Shown piece by piece: positions 55,704 through 64,000 of a stretch of 64,000 nt of DNA. The DNA comes from Tubulanus polymorphus. Taxonomy: Eukaryota; Animalia; Nemertea. The position numbers and the translations under genes are program-made. Under the pieces are notes generated by a model. That model had not been told where the DNA came from. It ran no database searches and saw only the letters and a list, made by a program, of their open reading frames with translations. The DNA lies in the NCBI RefSeq assembly GCF_964204645.1, contig NC_134033.1, forward strand, positions 11,974,655-12,038,654, in the 5' to 3' direction. How positions within the stretch are numbered: the first letter of the stretch is position 1; every line of letters starts with the position of its first letter.

Positions 55704-58697
55704 ACGAGTCAAACAAGTCAAATCAGTTAAATGAATAAATTTCTCCATTTATCTGCAGTTTGCACGGATTACCGTGTTTTAGTCCATTACTAGAATTAAA
55801 TGAGTATTTCTCATTGAAGAATCGTAACAAATACTGAAAATAAGGAACTGTGTTGGCGGCAGCTCTGTACGTATCAAATCTTACGGCACAACAAACCCCG
55901 ACACAAAGCAATGAATAATCGCGTACGTATGTTTTATCGGATTTCCCAATGTATAATAAATACCAGTCGATAAATCCTCCCAAAAGACTATACCAGCGAT
56001 CATCGAAAATTCAACCTCACGGAAATAAAACCATTTGCATTATTATACGCAATGTATATAATATGTTTACCCCCGTCGCGGACGCGGGTGCGGAGCCGGC
56101 ACATTATATTACCATAAGAATTTTATTGGATATTGGATATGATCATCGTCTCGCCGTGATATCGTAAAGAGATATTCTATAAACTGCGCACTTGAAATTT
56201 CATGATGAGAAAAAAGCAGCCATATTATTCACACCGGACCATCGTTTCTAATCTGTGCCTTAAGTCTAACTCAGGTTGACAAAGAACTGATCAGATTGTC
56301 GGATCGTAAGCATTCAAGTCTGCGACTTTTTAATCGGTTACCATTTCTGCACGAGTTTTTTTTACGACTGCGATGGATTGACCACAGACTCACAAGGTTA
56401 AACTAGTTTTATTTTCTACGTCGTAGCCAATCAGCCACGAGTGTTGCATCACACGACCATAAGCGTTCAAGAAACCGTGAAACTCTGTAACGATCGAGTC
56501 ATAGCCGACCCTAGCAATACAAAAAACCACCATACAAACCAAACCTACATCGCCACCAAATGATGAGAACATTTTTTTATTAATCACACTGCATATCAAA
56601 ATGACAGTAATTATGATCAGTCATGTGATCTGCTTGTTGTTACTGATTGGCTTGCGTCGTACGAGTGTTTCTTGTTGAGCAACTCAATAACGAATAGTAT
56701 CTCGTTTCACCGAATCAACAAGTTCGGAAGTTTGCTTCCACTGACAATGTTTGCTGTTTCCGGCTAACGCTCGCAGTCACAAAACAAACGAGGGAAACGT
56801 TCATTGATTTCATACTTTATATAATTTCTTGACTGTAAAACCCGTTACAATGATGTTTATATACATTGATACCTAAGCCCAAGTCACAGGTACACGCGCA
56901 ACTTAGATTATGTCATTTTTAGCCAATCAGATATCCCATTTTATTTTTGCCAGGGTTTTTCTGTTCAGTGATCCATGAAATTTGCCTCAGCGATGACTCA
57001 ACTGAGGCAATCAATGCCTGCGCATGTACCTGCATACTCAGGCTTATAAGGCAGGGTTTCGTGCCGCAGCAATGTCTCACATGATGCCATCAGGTTTGAA
57101 TCCCTACCGAGGGAGGACGGACGTGTAACACTACTCTGGAGCTGAGAATTCTCAAACGGTCAGAAGCAGTGGTTACTCGCTAATCAGATTGGAATAACTC
57201 AACCGCCACCAGCTCTTTCTCTCTCCGTGGGGAAGGGCGCTTGTATTTGTACTCGGCGAAAAAAAAAACATCGGCTTTCCAGTATTTTTACACAATGCCA
57301 CCAGCATAAAACAGACGGTTTTTAGTTATATCGATGTTGTTGATGTTGTATGAACCGTCTACAGCAGACGCGAACATCGGCATCGTCTTTACAGAAACCG
57401 CCTGCGGCAAGTGACCGTGTTCGTTTGTTTAAACTTAATAATAATGAAAAGAACTAATAACACAAAGACGCGACAATGTAAAGACGCAATTTATTACTTT
57501 TGAAAAACGGAAGCGGAGAGAAAAGATTACACCGCGCATAACAATAAGCCACATGTACATAGCGTCGCGGCGTTACTTCAACGGACGATTGGTCTTAATT
57601 TCCCGACGGATTCAAAAACTTTCCGCATAAATGAATCGATCACACGAAACGCACAACAACAACAACAACGGAGAGCAACGACTGCGCAGCCAACTGGCAA
57701 AAAGGTAAAAAGTACACCGCACTCGTGATGCCTCGATGAAATTGAACGAGACGTATAGATCCCTCGGGTACACTAGAGCCCAGCAGTCTCGTCTGATAAA
57801 CAGGTCTTATTAATGGTGCTATATACTACCGACTGTGCTACACCTAGTACCACCACCATTGCCAATATGAGATATCTCGAACTTCTTGCTAACGTCGCTG
57901 TCGTGTCTTACACTTCCAGTTATGCTACGATTGGCTGGCAGTGCGAACGAACAATGCTCATTGGCCAATTCAGAACACATAGCTTCATTGCCAATCATGA
58001 GATACTGAGACAAAAAAATTTCTCACATTGCCCGTGGGTCAGTCGCGTTGGAGGAGAAAATTCAAATTCTCCCAGACATAGAAGAAAAAAATCACAGGAC
58101 GAAATTAACACCAAACATAAACAGAAAACTTTTTCCAGCTTATTTCATGACTGCGTGCATTGCTTCGAACCAAAAACACAAAACACTGCTTCATGAAAAC
58201 CACGTGTTAATCAAGAAACATAAAACAGAATGGCTTGTTTCGTGACTGTGTGTATTTCAATATCATGTGAGATACAAATACAACTTTTCTCATCGCTTAG
58301 GTCCAGTACGATTTCCGTTTCACTGTGCACAACATCATCTGGTGAAACCAACACAAAATACGTTTCTTGTTTCGAGATATTTCCGCCGTCCACGCGCTTA
58401 ATATGTTCAACAAAGAAGACGTAGCTATTGCCGACGAATGACTATTTTTCCGAACGCGGTAAAACGACTAACCGAGTTCGTCGATACCGAACAAACTGAT
58501 GAAGATTATTCCTCGATGTCTCGTTCAATGTTTTTTTCGCTCGAGTCTTTTTGTCATCGAAGTTGTCTTCGTCGTTGGAGGAGGAATTTTTTCATATTGA
58601 TTATCGTCTACTATTACCGGCGTACTTACCAGCGTCTGTCACCAGTAAGCAGCGAGACAGTTATCCTATCACGGTTAATTTCTTATCGATACACGGC

Positions 58698-59048
58698 ACA
58701 AGAACTGAACCGCTGCCGGACAACACCGGACAAGAACTGAACCGCTGCCGGACGACACCGGACAAGAACTGAACCGCTGCCGGACGACACCGGACATGAA
58801 CTGAACCGCTGCCGGACGACACCGGACAAGAACTGGTCCGCTGCTGGACGACACCAGAGAACTGAACCGCTGCCGGACGACACCGGACAAGAACTGAACC
58901 GCTGCCGGACAACACCGGACAAGAACTAAACCGCTGCCGGATGACACCGGACAAGAACTAAACCGCTGCCGGATGACACCGGACAAGGACTGAACCGCTG
59001 CCGGACGACACTGAACAAGAACTGAACCGCTACTGGACAACACCGGAC
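58698..59048. repeat. 32-bp CpG-rich minisatellite, about 11 copies
   Basis: Unit ccggacaagaactgaaccgctgccggacgaca. Confidence 0.96.
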
Positions 59049-60424
59049 AGATAAAGGCGTTTTGAAAAGACTGTTATTTTTATTGATTTTGAGAATGGCA
59101 TAAACGCGGCTCATCAATCAAGGTTTTCAACTCAGGGCAAAACCTTTGTGGGTTGACTTAAACGAACGCTAGTAAAAAATGATAATGCGTGTTTGAAAGT
59201 AAATTTCGTTCAACAGTCTTAACAGCAGCTTAGCGACATTTCGCCGATAGCATTTCATTTTTGTGCTAAGCCACAGCAATAGACGGCCCCTGGCAACCGC
59301 TAAAAACCACAGATAATATTTTTTGATAAGATATACATTTCGTATATGTTAATTTTGTAGGTAACCTAACGATTTCATACAAAGGAGGGACATCTACGAA
59401 TTGACCGCATAGTAATGCCATCTGGTGTCAGAAGCCGCAGTCACGATTCTTTTCGTATATATTTGCGGGTTAAGGTTTATGTGTTATTAAGAGCTGGTGG
59501 TTTACTTGTCTCTTTATTGTGTATCCGCTTGCTTCTGTATACACACACCTCGCGTACAGATAACAGATCGTCTCTCCGGTCTCTCCGAGCTCGATATAGA
59601 ATCGGCTTTTACGAGCGGAAGATCGGCGCGCGAATCCCCCGTGGACATTTTAGGAATCAAAGCATCGTCGAGCGATTCACCGATTCATTTCTCTCTCTCG
59701 TCGTCGTCATCGTCGTCGTATGAAGATATTATTAGCCGGAGATGAAGCAGACGGAGCTGCTGCCGTGTGACGATCCTCATCCATTCTTCGACGAAATTTC
59801 ACGTGCAAAAAATACAATCGAATCTGTTTCATGGCCGGTGTCTATACAGCCTATGAGCCGCGGTCGCACGGAGACGATTTAGCCCGCGTCAAATTACCGA
59901 TGATCACGCCCAGACGTTTTGATCGCTACATGCGATGTGAGAGTAACTGAACGAGAAACACCAACATGCAATAACCAATCATTGACAACGAGTAGATCAC
60001 ATGACTGAACTAAACACGTGACATCACCATCCCATTTCGATATGTGATACAATCACTGCTTTTCTCATGCAACGGGCTTTTTCTTGTTCTGCTGAATGCA
60101 AAGGTGGTAAAATAAGCATCGAAACACATGAACACAACATACGTTTCTTCTATTTCTTAATATGCGCGCTAGACTAAAGAGACTGATACAAAAGCCGTGA
60201 TCACACAAGCGTTTTTGGCCCAGACCAAATTTTTTTTTACTCGGGCCTGTTCTGTGCCCATTTAGCCAAGCCAAAATCACGGCTAAAATCACCGACATGA
60301 CAACTTTCATTACACGAAAAAATGATCCGATGGGTTAAAAATTGGAGCTGTGTCTGACCTATCAGCATCGAGTTTCTCAAAGCCACTCTCTCTCCTAGCA
60401 TCATCATTAATCTATTGATGAAGT

Positions 60425-60655
60425 ATGGTGGCGGTCAGAGTGGATGATGAACTGTCTAAAGGAGATATCTATCAAACGGTAAATCAGTCAGTTAACGAAC
60501 CGTATCACACGGCTATCATCGCTACCCTCTTAAAAAACTCATGAAGACCATATCGAAGAAAAGATGATACCACAAATAACCGTTCATATCTAGTTACATC
60601 TTATCCAGATTTGGATCGCGCTTTAGAGGAGGTATTTTGAAGACTACCCAACGTC
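60425..60655 (+). pseudogene. Possible fossil pogo/Tigger transposase N-terminus (HTH-psq / CENP-B HTH)
   Basis: One frame with two stops: ...ELSKGDIYQTVNQ...IIATLLKNS*...VTSYPDLDRALEEVF*RLPNV. This resembles the STILKN and KYPDLEKALxxWF motifs. Judged by eye only. Confidence 0.4.
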
Positions 60656-62990
60656 CTGGTTCATAAAACCGACAAGTATTTGACAAGTTTTTTTTCACCA
60701 AAAAAAAAAATTTTTGTATAGTTACTATATATTTCATGTTTTCGATGAGGACAATTCAAACTTAACCGTTTTATGCTTTAACTTTTCATAAAACTGGACT
60801 AATCCAATTCAGTAACAGCAAAAAAACACAATCATGGTTCTCAACTCTGAAATTACCAAGCTTTAGTTCCCATTGCATTAGGATATGTTGTATCTAGGGC
60901 CAATAGCTAAATTTTTTCCACGGTTACAAGGTCATCTTCAAGGTCATGTCATTAAGAAACACTGAGCCATTAAGTTCTTGGTCCGCCGCTAGGTGGCGCA
61001 CTGAGCTCATTCTTTGCACTGCACAACTATATGAAATGCACCAGAAATTCATCAAGATCGACAGACTATTAATAAAGCTATAATAATATATATAACAGCG
61101 AACCGAAAGTCTAGCGGGCGAGTAAAAAACGGTCCATAAAGCAATCAAGTCGCTTGTTTCTAAACAAGAATTCAAGCCGTTCTCTCAGACATCACGTCTC
61201 TACGCGTTACGTCTCGTCTCGTCGTCGTAGCGATGATATCCCGGATTTAGACACGTTGTCAGTCGGAGTGGGGCCGATCTCGTTCGGCTCTAGTCACGTT
61301 GGATATCCTTTAAGCTGTTCGCTTCAGACGTACGGCGTCGCGCGCAAAAAAAAAATGAAAGATTACACCACGGTCGAAATATCGAATCAACAAGGTCTTC
61401 GTCAGTCACAGCAACGTTCGAGAACTTGGAGTAATCACTCATTTCGTAATGAGCACTCCGACGTGTCAGATATCTGATGAAATAAAGCAAGAAAACTAAC
61501 TCGAAAGTTTATTGAAGCCGTATTTTGCTGTCGACAATAAATAGCGTAAATCATATATTATTTAGGATCAATAAATTTATTTTGGATTTTAATTTTTTCG
61601 ATGATTGAATTGAATTGACCGGTAACCAGTCTAATATCGATATATTGATGACGTACCGCATATCTTGAATAATAATTAATGAAATTCATCAAAATGATTT
61701 TCATCAAGAAATCAAGAAATATAAATGCATTCGTAGTCTCATACATATTTGTATACACATGAATGGCGTCTACATCTAGCTGCAGTCACTGCAGTTAGCT
61801 TGGAGTAATCACTGTTTTCATAATGATCGCTCCGACGTGTCAGTCAGATATCCCATGTATTCATCATTTCGAGAAAAAAATCTTTCCAGTCCTAGCTGTA
61901 GTCACATCTCGGAGCAATCACTCTTTTCATCACCGTTACTCCGAGTCAATATGATTGCTTTGAAGTACGAGTGAGCTAAACTAATTAATTTGCCGCATGA
62001 ATAAAGAATTCCACACCTAAAACCTGTCGGTGGGGTGGGGGATCCTGAGTACTCGAATACCTGACGGGGGATCCTCCCGTGCTAGCATCAAAGGTACCCG
62101 ATACGTAATACGGTCTTTAACTATCACTCAGCAGTTAAGTCAGACGGTGACGTAAAATTATCAGCACATCAAAGCAGGAGTCACGATGACTTTAATCAGG
62201 GGAAGAGAGAAGTGAGATTTGAGATCGCTGCGAAGACCATACGAAACAGCTTCGCTGCTGGATAAATAAGCGCACGCAAAGAACTTCAACCCCTAAAATA
62301 TAACATAAGAAACAAAATAGATTGAGTGGCCAAATTGGTACGGATTAAACGCGGTGTCAAATTTGGCCCATGTCTAAACTCACTCGATACAAATAATGCT
62401 TAAACAAAGCGAAGTCAGTCACTTACGGAATCAGTAACGATTCACATGCGATAATCTGACTTGTTTTTGGCAAAAAATGACGGCTATGGACGAAATAAGC
62501 ACCATCGTAGACCATCGGATCGTATTTATATTTACAGCTGAAACACGTCCCGATGAAATCGTTTATCCGCTCGATCGCTACGCCGAAATCTACTTACGAA
62601 CGCTCTTCATTATTCAGAACGTTACGTTCCAGCAGCGCGCGTCAATTTCAGACGTGAACCGCCGCAACACAGCAACGACCACCGATAACATGAAGAGAAA
62701 ATATTCTTAATTCATAACAACCACACATATATACACCACATATATTGCTAGCGTGATCTGGTGAACCATTGAACATGCACTTTATGTGGAAAATGAACAG
62801 TCAAAATCGTCATCATCTTTTAAAGTTTCATTTTGTGCTAATTTACTATTTGCTCAAAACAGCTAATTACTCGATAACTCACGCTAATTAATTGTTCAAT
62901 ATGGCTTTGCTCCCTTTCTTATTCTTTTTGGCAAACCGTTTAATACCATATATGGGCACACATATCCGTCAAATATAGGAAATGAATTAA

Positions 62991-63277
62991 CCCTTTCAGT
63001 GCTGACTAATCAATACCCTATAGTGCTGGAAATAATTTGAAAATTTTGAAAAATTCCGCCCTAGTGTGTTAATAACGGGAATATCACTATAGTGCGTCTA
63101 CGCCGCGGCGCAGTGTATCGTTAATAACTAATATTTCACTATGTTTGACAGGTGCTGCCATCTTTCAATAGAGATAAAAACTAATTACTAATTACACCAA
63201 TACACCGCAGTGCGGTGTACTAGCAAAATCCATCACCGATTCATACACTGCACTGCAGTGTATACGCACTGAAAGGG
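62991..63277 (+). mobile_element. piggyBac-type MITE, copy 3
   Basis: TTAA on both sides (62987-90, 63278-81). Perfect TIR CCCTTTCAGTGC/GCACTGAAAGGG. Same orientation as copy 2. Confidence 0.9.
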
Positions 63278-63461
63278 TTAAATCATTGCATGGTCAACTG
63301 TTGAATATGGTCATTTCATCTCAAATGGTTTTTCTGAACCCCGTCGTGTACTGCAACCTCTTTTTTTCAGTTAAAAAAAATCTGTTATTTTCGGTTTTTA
63401 TGTAAGTGTTTTATGTAAGGTAGTCAACAGCGCTGATGCTGCTGTGACACACGGTGCCACC

Positions 63462-63463
<2 letters not shown>

Positions 63464-63546
<83 letters not shown>
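63464..63546. repeat. (TA)n microsatellite
   Basis: Seen directly. Confidence 0.98.
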
Positions 63547-63549
<3 letters not shown>

Positions 63550-64000
63550 CGTGCTCGGATCTCGACGACGCGCGCAAATAAATGTCAAAAGTGCTCACAA
63601 CTTTGGTTCTATCCCCTAGGAGTCTAGTGTTTCTATGGTTACCGTCTTATGTAAGATAACGTTGTTGTTTATTTCGTCGTAAGCGGCGTCAAAATTCAGA
63701 ATGTTCGGGGTCAACATCGCGAAATCCCGATGACAATACGAATATTGTTGTCCTTGTTTTCCTGTAGTTACTAGAGCGGGCGGTCCATCGGTACGAGACC
63801 AAGGAATATAACGGCAACGCGAGTGCGGAAACATCGCGATGACTATGGTTCATGTTTTCGTAAAAATACCGAAAAAAAATGTTGCGCTCCGCGATAAACA
63901 AGATTCACTCGACAGATTTCTGTTGTTGAGAGATTGTAAACGTTACCAAAAGGCTTCCCTCGATATGCCGCGCTGCCGCACAAGATGGCGTGACTATTTG

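Noticed and set aside
58630-58680. Strong minus-strand donor CTG|gtaagt as another coding first exon
   Set aside because: Joining it to exon 2 in phase creates TGA and there is no upstream ATG frame. A non-coding exon cannot be excluded but is unsupported.
58661-59117. Overlapping repeat ORFs and a CRISPR-like look of the 32-bp array
   Set aside because: Head-to-tail repeats with no unique spacers, no cas genes, and a eukaryotic intron context.

Overview
This is animal (probably invertebrate bilaterian) genomic DNA, almost entirely intronic. It carries the 5' part of a minus-strand CASK/LIN-2 gene. Seven canonical coding exons (33163 down to 14515) encode the CaMK-like atypical kinase domain and the start of the following linker, with the CASK signatures [12 protein letters not shown] and KLGGFG. 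The canonical first exon (MADDDVLF-type) and the L27 exons were not found and probably lie outside the window. Best observations: (1) a candidate alternative first coding exon at 38017-38135 with a CpG-rich upstream region; it joins exon 2 in frame, replaces the first Gly of the kinase Gly-loop and adds a KKRR N-terminus; (2) two inverted TTAA-flanked piggyBac-type MITEs placed almost symmetrically (about 245 nt each side) around exons 3-4, a back-splicing/dsRNA configuration; (3) minimal hammerhead-ribozyme motifs of the Penelope-like type at six intronic loci (about four sequence families), including an intact one in the CASK sense orientation inside a TSD-flanked palindrome. The rest is MITEs, SINE remnants, mini- and microsatellites. 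All calls were made by eye; comparisons to human CASK are from memory and were not run as searches.
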